A DNA stretch of 64,000 nucleotides from Marsupella aquatica (lineage: Eukaryota; Plantae; Marchantiophyta), in NCBI GenBank assembly GCA_973895155.1, contig OZ316894.1, positions 1,628,457 through 1,692,456 on the forward strand, written 5' to 3'. The notes below the pieces were generated by a model, which was not told where the DNA came from, did not search any database, and saw only the letters and a program-made list of their open reading frames with translations. A program made the position numbers and the translations under genes. Positions 51,160 through 62,293 of this stretch are shown piece by piece. Each line of letters begins with the position of its first letter. The stretch's first letter is position 1.

Positions 51160-52900
51160 CTAATCTATTGAGCATCATCAACTACATCTACTCTAACTGA
51201 CTCATGTGTAAGATCAACTGGACTGGCAGGTTTCAGAGGAGGAGATGTAACTAAACTTGTAGTAGCCTCCAAGTCCTTCAAATCAAAAGGTGTTCCACGT
51301 GTTGGACTGATAGTCGAAGGTGGCACTGACGGAAAATGGAACTCAACCTTCTCAAATCCGGGTGGGGTGCCTCATGCTTCATTTTCATCTTGCAACACCG
51401 GAGACGTTCCGGATTCCGGAATCCGGATTCGGGGAGGAGTCAACATGGACTTCGCATCCGAAATCACTTTCTCCATCTGCTCAAACATTCCGGAAATCTT
51501 CTTGGCAAAGCGGTTATTGCACTCAATAACCTTAACAAGGGTGCCTGGGTTGGCTGTCGCTAAATACTTATCTATCAAGTTAGCTTCCAACAAGCTTAGG
51601 ACTGGTACATGAAGTGCTTCCTGAACACTAGTAACTGCAGCATTCAGTAATTTTTGGATCTTCAGGTGCTCCTCCAACTTCTTCTGTGCAGCATCCAACT
51701 GGTCCACCAAAGAGTCAATCTTCTGTCTATCTTGAAGGCCTGATCCTCCAAGTCCCAGATTCGCTTCTTAGCCTGACTCTTGATCACCATGTCCAGAGTG
51801 GAAACGATGACAACCGGGCTGCAGTTGAGCATCTCAGCAACCGTCCCAACAAGGTCCTCAAGTTGTTTTGTCTTTCCGGCCACACTCTCCAAGAAAATCC
51901 GGACATGCTCCAACTCTGCTGATGCCGTCCACTTCGAACTGGGGGTCACACCCGGAAGACTTCCTCTACTTTCCGGTCTCCGGACAGGTTCTAGAACTTC
52001 AACAGGATCCGGTTCCGGACTCTGCACAAATTTCTTCTGTGTCCTGGGAGGTCGCACTTCCACAACCGGTTCTTCTTCGGACTCAGTCCCTTCAGATGGT
52101 TGTCGATCCGGATCTCCAAGTTGGGCCAACATGGCTTGATTCTCATACTCCTCCGCTTCTTCATCTGTAAGAATCCGGTCCATCGCGTAAAGATTAGCTA
52201 GATAGCAAGAAAGGGATGTAGGGGTCTTCAAATGAAGATTCCGGACCTGGTTGGCTATAACTTCCGCCAAAACTTTGGCCCAGGAAATCTTCTTCTCCCC
52301 TATGTAAGAAGCAGCAATAGTATTTCCAATCCGAATTGTAACTTGTCAAGGCTTGGCAGGGGAAAGAAGTGGAAGCAAAAAGGACAGAACGTCGTAAAAC
52401 TCCTCATTACAGCACTGGGACACCTTCCAACCATCCTTCGGATCCACTTCACCATCAAAATAGTTATCCGCAAAGGCATTCTTGGAGGTCAAGAAGCCTT
52501 CTCCCTTCAAAGGCACATCCAAGAGTGAAGAGATAACTGCCGCAGTCCACTTTTCCGGTTTGGCTCGAATAGAATCTGGAAATTCCGAAATAAGGGTCGT
52601 ACGATTCCGAACCTCCTTCACGAATATTGCACTCTGGTATCCCCATGGCAACTCCATCAACTTCGCACAACCCATGGTCTCAAGGTTCCCCTGCAAGCGG
52701 TCCTTCCTTGTTGAATCCGTGGGAATTTCCGGTCGTAGTGGCTTTTCATTCACAACAACTGTCCGCTCCTTGGTCGTCCGCTTTGGTAGCGTCCGGATTC
52801 CGGATTTGTCTGGGGCAAAATCCAGGTCCTTTCACTAGTAGAAACCGGGGCCATTTAGACCATACCTTATAGGACTAAGCCCACTAAGTCCTTTTTCCAT
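51160..52900 (-). pseudogene. Degenerate transposon-associated ORF, probably the accessory ORF of an LTR retrotransposon
   Basis: LPW...IRAKPEKWT...GEG...DPKDGW.V..C...LSFLLPLLSPAKP*QVTIRIGNTI...YLANLY, then an acidic/coiled-coil tail. It recalls a repeated bryophyte retroelement ORF family (from memory). No gag/pol or LTR was identified. Confidence 0.45.
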
Positions 52901-55060
52901 ACTTGAAACGACTCGCTCCCATTGTGCTGGTTTTGTTGAAGACTACAAAAGACTATTAGTGTTATATGGTTCTCTAAAAGACTATGAGAAGGGTCCTTGC
53001 TACTTTGTGAACGGTGAATAGTCTAGCACTACATGGGTAATGTTCACTTATGTTGAAGAGGGTTAATTCTATAAAGATGGTGATAGCAAGGGGCATAACT
53101 CATTAGATGGCCTTATTTGTGACCAAAAAGGTTCATGGTTCCAATTACTCCATTGGCCCGCTTTCTCCATGGTCCCTTAAATACTAAATTTCACAAAGTT
53201 CACATGAGGAGTTACATTATAATAACAGACCATGGAACCCCCAACAACATGCAATGTGGGTGAAATGAAAACATTTAGGCTCTTAATGAACATGGTTGGG
53301 CACAAGTGACTACATTGGGCCTAAGTTGTTAGGAGTTGTTTTGTACTTGGGGTAGGAGAGTGGATGTTATGTGCACCACATCCAAGTTTAGGGATGAGGG
53401 TAAATATGCCAACCCTTCAAAAATGTCTTGTCCCCTGGTGTCTCATATAGTACCCAACTATGTCCATGTGGATTTTGAATGAGTGATGCTTGACTTAATT
53501 ACATTGGCCCCGTCTTCTCCATGGTCCCTTTACTTCTGATTATCTTTCAACTCTCAAAACAGGTCACAATTTACCACAATTCATTTTGCCTAAATGAATT
53601 TTTGGGGTCACACTTAACGCCTCGCCCCACTCAACGGCTCACCCCAACGGTCAATCCTTTTGCCCACATTTTGGCATAGGGTCCCCTCATTCTCTCTCTA
53701 GGGGCACTAACACAACAGCCGGAGGGAGTTTAGGGTCGCACAATTTAGGGAGACGGGGTGGGAGGATCGGGGTTTTGCAAAGGGTTTTGCAAGGGAAACA
53801 GGGGATTCTTACGAACTTGACCCTCGGTTGTCCTCTGCCGAGCTACAATCAGTGTCTACGGATCGCGAGCTGCTGAGGAGATGGCCACACTAAGTCTTGG
53901 TTTAGTGAGTGTTGGTTAGGGTAGAGCATCGAATGCCTGTCAAATGTTGAGGTTTTGCGTGGCTGCGTACTGTTCCAAGGCTTTTATAGTCGCAGGGCTC
54001 TTTGCTTCCGGTCTGAGTTGCCCCATTGTTCATTGTCGAGGGCACTCCTAAGTGCTTAGGTTTTGAGTGAGTTGCAGTTCGGGAGGAGCTGTGATCTGGG
54101 GACTGAGGCGCTGAGGGTTTAGCTGAGGGGAGCAACTGTGATCTGGGAAGGTGTTGCGGTGCCAAGGTCTATCGTAAGGTGAGGCGATTGCTGCGGAAGT
54201 TTAATTGTAGTGTGTCCTTAAGGTTGCCGAGGCATTCAAAGGAGGCGTGAGCAGGGCGGCAATCGTTTGCTGCTGCGGAAGGTGGACATTGGAGTTGTGA
54301 AGGCGCTGTGGAAGGCAACCACTGCGGAAGGTGGACATTGGAGTTGTGAAGGAGGTCGTGGAGCTTAAAGAGCAGTTGCAGAATCGGGAGCCGGTTGTTT
54401 GTTAGGAGGAAGCACTTGACAGTGCTGCCATTGGTTATCAGTGTCATCAGCCAAAGGTTAGTCCCGGCCATGCAGCTGAAAGTGTGCTTCTTTCAGGTGT
54501 CGTAGCATTCTGCCAGCCGGGTGCTTGGACTGCAGAGAAGAGCAGCCACAGTCATGAAGTTCTTCTCCTAGCTCAGCTGCGCATTGTCAACCATCGAGTG
54601 CTGTTGCGCGCTAGCTGTGAACCCCAAGAGGAGCTGCGACAAGGAGGAGATGCAACCAAGAGGAGATGCGACGAAGAGGAGATGCGACCAAGAGAAGCTG
54701 CTGCATCCCACATTGAGTTGGACATTGCGGTAGGGACGTGAGCTGCGCACTTTCAACCATCAAGCAACCACCGAGCTCGGCAGCGCTCTGGGATTTGTTG
54801 GCCACAGTAGACAAAGCGGAAGACAAAGGTGAGTGTTCGTGCACCGTTAGAGTAACCGCAAGTACTCTATTACATGCCTCGTTGTTCTCTATTACATGCC
54901 TTGTTCTCCCGCCCATTGTTTCCTGCGATTTTCTTTCTTCCATAAGAGAATGGTGATTTCTTCTTCTATCAAACAAAACCCCACCCAACCACCACACAAG
55001 AACGTGGGGTGCGCGCTTCTTAATCCTCCTCAAACTGGCCCATTGTTCATTGAAACCCCA

Positions 55061-56048
55061 CATATTACCCACCGGCACCAAGGGTCCAGTCCCAACCCGT
55101 CTTCCGCTCCCCACCATCTTCACTCTCTCGCGCATCTATCTCCTGAACGGCGTCGCTGGCCCTTAGACGCAGAATGCTCCGCTGTGATATTGCCTCCAAC
55201 TTTTCTAGTGCAGTCTAGGCAATTAGACTGCTTTTGCGAAAACTGCCCTTCTTAAAAGTGAGCAATACTAATAAGCCCCGGGGGCGGAGCGTTCGTTACG
55301 ATGGCCGTGGACCTACCGTGGGCTATGGTGGAACACTCTATTGTCTATGATGATTCTGAATCTGCTTGAACTGCGAGTGGATGTGCTTTAAGGCAAACTT
55401 GTCGGAGAAATTAGAATGGGGGGACGGAGCTGTCAATGCTTAGGTTGTGACATTTTTGAGATTGTCAAGAGTAATCTGTGATCTCATTTCTAAATGGTTT
55501 GAGCTCCTCTGATGTGCATAGGAATCGGGCTGAGGAGAGCTTTTGGGAGCTATCATCGGAACTAGCTTTCGATCTATTTCTGCTACTTTTGAATTGGTAC
55601 TTGGGAAGGCTTTGTATCGTTAAGCACTACAAGATTCACAGGCCAGACCTGCTTGCTAGTATGAGGGGCTTTGAAGGAATGTGTGGCCAGGGCTGATTAA
55701 GTATGGATTAATTTTGCATTGCCTGAGATACTGAAACTGCCACCCGCTACCCGCTTTGTTTCAGTGCCTTTGACTTCTTGCTCTTGCAACTTTGGAGCTG
55801 GGAGGGTGAGACGGAGGGTGAGTTGTCTGTGTCGCTTACCTTTGCTGAAATTTCCCCTTTCTTGCCTCTCTGGCTGTGTTGCTACTGCGGTTGTTGATCT
55901 TCGTCCACCCACTTGCCTACTCAATCAAGTGAGTACAGCTTTGTCTCTGCGTATATTACCCCATATATTACTCCCCGGCACCAAGGGTCCAGTCCCAACC
56001 TGTCTTCCGCTTGCCACCCTCTTCACTCTCTCGCGCATCTATCTCCTG
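55061..56048 (+). repeat. About 85-bp direct repeat (near 55061-55146 and 55963-56048)
   Basis: ccggcaccaagggtccagtcccaacc...cttcactctctcgcgcatctatctcctga occurs twice. Confidence 0.8.
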
Positions 56049-58004
56049 ATATTTCACGCGTAGCCGAGCCCACCAAAAGCTCTCTCCCTACAATCCCTCC
56101 CAAATCAACTTTCTCGTTTCCTGCTGCTGCTGATGTATGTTTGTTCTCCCCTATTTTTGTTTACTGTTTGGTCTCTCCACACTTCTTGCTTGACATTACT
56201 GTTGTGCTCCTCCCTAGATCCGAACATGCCTTGTGCCCCGTGCACCGACTTGCATCCTTTTCTTTACTAAGGGGGGGACCACAGCCTCCAGCCATACCTT
56301 GTGGCGGGCCTGGTCAAGACGGTGGTCGGTAGCTCGTTTTTGCTTTTTTCTCTTTTGTTTCCCAAGCTTCTGGGCAAGGGCATTACCATTCTGGATTCTC
56401 CGCGAGGCGCCACTAGCTTTTTTTCTCGGTTGCCCGTGTGCCTGCCTTCTTAGTTTTGTTTTTTCCTCAAGTGACCGGGCCATCGCTGTATGCAGATTTT
56501 TCTTGTTGTATTCATGTACAATATTGTATTGTTCTATCTAGGCTGTGGCAAGCCAACAAATTGTTGACAACCAACATGGAATAACAACTATGCAGTGCAA
56601 TGGCAGAGGACACTGTCCAATACAAGAATGACATGGTTATGTTTTCAATTCCCTGCTTGGATGAGGCGTGGTGTTGCTTGTAATCATGTATTTCTTCACA
56701 CTAGAAAAGCAGTCTGTCAGATGAGGTTGTCGGGATTGTCTGTGGGTCAGTCATCTTACGGACACCTAGCAACGTCAAATGAATGGCGGAAACGGGCCAT
56801 GTTGTCATTTTGAAATTTGTCTTTCCTTTTGCCATGCTACCCAATCATTTTGTTAGTCCATGAGTCATAGATTCATAGATTCTATGTTTTGTGCTTTGTC
56901 TAGAATGCTATGGCGCCCATGCTACAATTTGTGGTTTTTGTCTAAGCACAAATCCTCTCTGTGCCTGGTCTCTGTGTCCCGTCATTTGGATTGATTGTGC
57001 AGACGTTTCCTCTTCTCCCAGTCCTTGTCATCCACCAGCCAAAGCACATTGGATTGTTTTCAAAGGAGGGCTGTGTAGTTCGGAGGGTTTGATCTATGCA
57101 ACGGATTTGAGCAGATTGGCGGTTGTTAGTTTCTTCTTGTAAAACCTGTCTGTCTTTTTTGCTTTTGGCCATGCTCCTTCACTTGTTGCTGCAAGCTCAA
57201 TGTGCTTCAGCTATGGCAATATTCACTTACCCTATCCCAACGGCACTGCCGTGAGCTGTAGGACAGCCAACAGAAGCAGATTGTATCGATTGCATGTAAG
57301 TCAGGGTATTTTATGTATTGCGGAACAACTGTCTAAGTATGCTGCAATGGTCAGTCTTGCGCAGCTGAATGAGCCAATTTCATTTTCCCCGTGCACTTCT
57401 ATTTCTCAAAGAATTCCCTGGTCATGCTCATTTCCCCCAGAGTTAGAAAACAAAGAAGAAGAGCTGACTAATTGTAATTCCAATCCATATCCTGATCGGT
57501 CAAGGATTGTTCACTACATTGGCCTTGTCATTGGCCGAGGTCACCAAATTTTGCTTGGTTTCATTCCTGTGGAGCACTGCTGTGATGGATGAATAGTTGT
57601 CATAGCATTCTGCTAACTCTCACGGTTTGCTTATGGCCATTATTTGCAATTTGCTACTACTAATATGTCTTCTTCTGAGCAACATACACCGGAAGTAAGC
57701 AATAGTGGAGGTTTAACTGCACATCAACACATCTAGTGAACTACCTCTCTGCTGCTCACTGGAGGGTGAGACTTTCACTCTTTCTAGATATTGTAATTTG
57801 TAAGCAAGTTGATTAGGAGTGTTTCATGCTATGTTTACACTATGACCCCTAGCTGGAACCAATGGAATGACGTGCAGTGAGTGGGAACTGATAATTTAAG
57901 GTTGGTTGTTGTTGGTGAGGCAAGTACAGCTCCTGCTCACCTTGCTGATCGAAGGTGCTTATCAGAGGACGTGAACACACGACATCTCCACAAAAGCAAC
58001 ACTT

Positions 58005-58454
58005 ATGGTGAGGACCCGCAATGCTGAACATGTGCGGCTTGCACGCAAGGCAGAGATGTTGCGCCTTGAGTATGTCAGACTTGGGATCCTTCCAGCCCAG
58101 TCTGCATGGTACTTTGAGTACCCAGTTGTTGCCAGGAACAACTACAGCCGCCCTATACCTGCTTCTCCACCCTTCCCAACATCCTTGGTATTTCTGTCTC
58201 TCGTACATGACCCGCCACAAATTAGGGCCCAAGGGTGTGTGCACAGTTGCCAATATGACTGTCCTGCCTGTAGGGCTTCTGGCCTAGAGTTGGATGACCG
58301 TTCTCTTGGATGTCGGTTTTTTCATAGAGCACAATGTATCATCTGGAACCACTCGCCATCCTGCAGTGTGCCTGGTGATGTCACTTGTCCTGCCCTCCCA
58401 GACCCCACCACCGGTCACTTTGGTGTCTACACATGTTTGGATCACACGCTCTAG
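58005..58454 (+). CDS. Cys/His-rich hypothetical protein, possible transposon cargo
   Basis: 149-aa ORF containing CxxxCxxxCxxC...CxxxHxxxC; no family recognised. Confidence 0.3.
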   Translation: MVRTRNAEHVRLARKAEMLRLEYVRLGILPAQSAWYFEYPVVARNNYSRPIPASPPFPTSLVFLSLVHDPPQIRAQGCVHSCQYDCPACRASGLELDDRSLGCRFFHRAQCIIWNHSPSCSVPGDVTCPALPDPTTGHFGVYTCLDHTL

Positions 58455-59121
58455 AGGACCACTTGTCACACCGTATGCACAGACCAGAGACCATTGACCT
58501 ATAACTTAACACTTTGACTTGAACAGAGAGGATATTTACATAAGATTTTGAATTATGAGCAATTTTGGGTCCAGGGTTTAGGGTCAACAGTACATAACTT
58601 ATCCTATTATGGCTGCACTAAGTACAATATCCTAATTTAAGAGGCTAGCAAGCTCACTTAAAAGTCTCCTTTCAAAGACTGGAATTAATGGGCCGTGTGA
58701 TAACCTGGAAAAAGTGATTTATGCCTAACTTATTTGTCTCATTCACTATCATAGCCTATTTAGGATGTATAAATTACAACCCTGATCACACTGCTTGATA
58801 CCAATCCTGTTCAAAAAATGCCTGTTTTACATGTCACGACTGTTATATGTGATTCAAATGCATTAAATCTTGTTGCAGATCTCCTTTGGTGAATCATAGC
58901 CACAAAATTGAGGTGTAGGTGGAGCTATTGTACGAGGGGATCAATTTTTAGTGTGGGCTCAACAAACCAAAAAGTATGTCTACTCTGCACATGTGTGTGA
59001 ACATTTCATTGCAGTAGCAATTGCCACTCTAGTCTATATGCTACACTATACTTTTTGTACACTGCTAAATTGTATTGTCTGTGCACTCTGCTAAATTGTA
59101 CTATCTGTCTCATGCGTAGGC

Positions 59122-59802
59122 ATGGCACGCCCTAAAATCCGAGCCAAGAAGCGGGGGACAGAGGTGAGAAACACAGGTGTAGTTGGGCCAGATGGTAGTA
59201 ACTTCTCCGCAAGTCAGATTTTCCAGAAGGCAGCTCATTGTTGTGCCATTTGTGACGATGGTGGGGGCTTAGCCATATGTGAGGGCCCTTGCATGAGGCA
59301 TTTCCACCTCAACCCGGAGTCTGACCTTGCTGCAGAAAACAACTATCCAGGGGTGGGCCTCCCGTTAGCACACCAAGGAGGCTGGATGTGCACTGATTGT
59401 TTGGAGAAGCAGGCTAAGTGTGCACAGTGTGGGAAGTTGGGGTCTTATGAGGGCTCTGTTGATGCTCCACCACTTGTTAGGAAATGCCCTGACAGATATT
59501 GTGTGAGGTTCTTTTGTTTTTCATGTTTGCCCGATCTTGCCACAGCTTGCCCACTTCATAAGTGCAAGGCATGTGGTCAGCACGATGAAGATTTCTGGGT
59601 GGACATAGTCCACTGTGTTAGGTGTCCCACCATGTGGCACTTTCATTGTTTGAAGGAGCGTCAAGCAGAAGGCTATGCTTGTGACAGACACATCTATCAT
59701 CACTCTGCACATGGTGTTGATCGATGGACCTTCTATTGTCATCGCCATGCCATAGATCCTACTTTGCACACTCCCATGAGAGATCACATTTCTTGGCTTT
59801 GA
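59122..59802 (+). CDS. Stand-alone EDM2-like PHD-finger module
   Basis: CAICDDGG...CEGPCMRHFH...CTDC....CAQCGKLGS...CPLHKC..C...CVRCP..WH..CL...FYCHRHAIDPTLHTPMRDHI mirrors the EDM2 PHD cassette, including its YC..H.ID..L.TP.RDH tail; intact ORF. Confidence 0.75.
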   Translation: MARPKIRAKKRGTEVRNTGVVGPDGSNFSASQIFQKAAHCCAICDDGGGLAICEGPCMRHFHLNPESDLAAENNYPGVGLPLAHQGGWMCTDCLEKQAKCAQCGKLGSYEGSVDAPPLVRKCPDRYCVRFFCFSCLPDLATACPLHKCKACGQHDEDFWVDIVHCVRCPTMWHFHCLKERQAEGYACDRHIYHHSAHGVDRWTFYCHRHAIDPTLHTPMRDHISWL

Positions 59803-60239
59803 ACCTGAATAATGTACATGCATAGTGCACCTGATGTGGATACCTTGGAGATTGCAGACATTCCAATTTTGAGAAGAAGGACCTCTGTAGGAGAGGATGC
59901 TTAGGCAACAAGTACCCTAAGTTCATTACTTGTTCCTGGGTACATGCCTTCAAAAACTCCCCTTAAGCCTTCTAGGAACTTTTTTAACTCTGCAATCATT
60001 TTGATCACGACTTACATGACACTGCTTAAATTAAATCAGTACTTCTCATTATGAGCATATAAGTTACAAGGCTATTTAATTTGCGAGAATTCCCTTAAAG
60101 TGTACCAACATTTTCTATTCTCATTGAATGTCTGCCCATTTACAACATTTGTATGTGGCATCACAAAACAATTGCACTTGTCACCTTCAATATTGTGAAG
60201 GCACATATTCAAACTATGAGGTGCATGCTTGCAGGTGTC

Positions 60240-61249
60240 TAGTACGTTTGTCCCAATATTTCTCCCGTTTGGAATCGGAGCAGAGACTCACCAGACGACT
60301 GGACTGGACCAAGTTATAAACGCAGCATTTTAAGGGCCCTCCGATTATCAGGTGAACGCATTATCTTCCGGTCTGCAGTGATTAGGTGGCCCGTGTGTAC
60401 ATGGCCTCTAGGAAACGTACAAAGGTTGACCACCCGCCTCTGTTGGCTGGAATCAAAGCCATTTTGATTCCTGGCCACTATGGGTTCACCCAAGTGAGTT
60501 GGCCAATCGTACAAAAATGATTCTCAGAGTTCCATGGGACTGAAGTCAAGGACATCACTCCACAGACTACACATGTTGTTGCGGGGACATGGCTGGATGT
60601 GATGAACAAGTGGTCATGGTCCTTCATTGATTCTACCATTACCAACCAAGGTCTAAAAGTAGTTGAAGTCTCTTGGCTGACCGATTCTGTTAAACATAGG
60701 TGTGTACAGAGTACTGAGCAATATGAGTTGTGGGAGAGTGAGGAGGCCACTACAGAGGCTTTGGCTGAAAAGGAAGCCTATGAAGCAGCGGCCGAGAAAC
60801 CCAACTTTGCTTCTGTCCAATATGGACCTGTTGTCAACATAGGACACCATCCTATGCGTGCAGATGCTATATTGAATGAGCATGGCAAGGAGAGAAATAC
60901 CATTATGAAGGGGTTCAGTGTGGTATTTGCAGAAGAAGGAATTGGGGAGACCAAGTGCAGACTGTACAAGTCCATAGTTGTTGAGCTAGGTGGGACAGTG
61001 GAGGAGAGTCTAATAGAAACCTCCACTCATGTTGTAGGTCTGTCATACATGAAAATATGCAGAAAATTCTTTAAGACAATAGTGCATCATTTTGTCATGA
61101 ACAACAATCTTTGGGTGCTTTCCCCTGATTGGCTTCTGGAATCAGCAGCTAGAGGGAAGCGACAGAATGCTTGGGACTTTGATATTTTTGAGGCCTGGCC
61201 CTCCAAGATTCAACGGAGATGTATGCTTAGCAAAGGTGGGAGAGAGTGA
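60240..61249 (+). CDS. Tandem BRCT-domain protein; 5' part uncertain or frameshifted
   Basis: TTHVVA...KVVEVSWLTDSV and MKGFSVVF...IVVELGGTV...STHVV...VLSPDWLLES are BRCT signatures. Confidence 0.65.
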
Positions 61250-61485
61250 GGAGTAGGAGTCCCTCATATTTTTGTATAAATCACAATTTTATAATAAATG
61301 TGATCCTTGAACTAACTCATCTTGTCATGGTTGGTCGCAGTTGAAGTGATTGTTGTTTCCTGCTGCGTGGGGTGTGACTGTGAATCTACTTGCTGGGCTC
61401 TGTTTGGCTGAAGACTTTGGTGGGTATGCTGCCTCTTCCAGACCGTTAGGCCCTATGTAGGGTCCTCCTACGGGTTGCATCGTGC

Positions 61486-61958
61486 ATGGCTACTGCTTGG
61501 GCTTACTTGTGTGGATTGGTAACCAGACAGAGTGTAGCTCCATCCGAGATAATGCCTGCAGACCTTGGATGTGTTGTGAATGCTGTGGTGAATGAGGATG
61601 CACAGTCCGAAGAGGACATTTACTTTTCAGCAGATGAGTTAGACGAGCACGATGCTGTAGGTGGTTCCTTGTTGCCTGATTTGGCAGATGATATAGTTCT
61701 TACACATGTCTGGCCGAGGGTTCTTGTGGTGTCTGGCGCACAAGATATCTGCAAATATAGACTAATTAGTACCCAGTGGAGGACTTGGTAGCAACATGTG
61801 CACCATGGAGGGCACTGTTGCCACTGCTTGTAGGCACGGATCGAAGACCACCATGGCATGAGCAGGGTTTAGACCTTGATGACTTAATGTACATGCCTGA
61901 GTACCTCAGGGCTGAGTGGCATCGACAACAGGATTGGTATCCATATTTGATGTGGTAG
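61486..61958 (+). pseudogene. F-box-like protein, frameshifted near 61785
   Basis: LLPDLADDIVLTHVWPRV...YRLISTQWR then LVATCAPWRAL; homologous to 30744-31244. Confidence 0.55.
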
Positions 61959-62293
61959 TAAGATGAGGACATCTCACACCGGTCTCGCACCTGGCACCTG
62001 TGTCTATGACTATACATGATTGGACTCTGATATATATGGTCATGGATGTACGTGTAGAGGCAGTACATGTGAGGACAGCGGAGGAGTTGACACCCTCAAA
62101 CATTTAGGAATTTTGTCTCATTCACTTGAGAATAGGTACATGACTCAGGCACCTATATTTTTTGTTTTTTTGTTTTTTTGGAACGTTATGCTACGTATTT
62201 TGGCAAGTACAGTCGGGGGTGAAATCCTTAACAGGAAGTGTATTTTTCACTTGCATAATAAAATGACAGGGTGCTGAGTGCGTGTGTATAGTG

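Noticed and set aside
53900-57600. Numerous short ORFs
   Set aside because: No recognisable domains or consistent frame; probably non-coding transposon interior or UTR.
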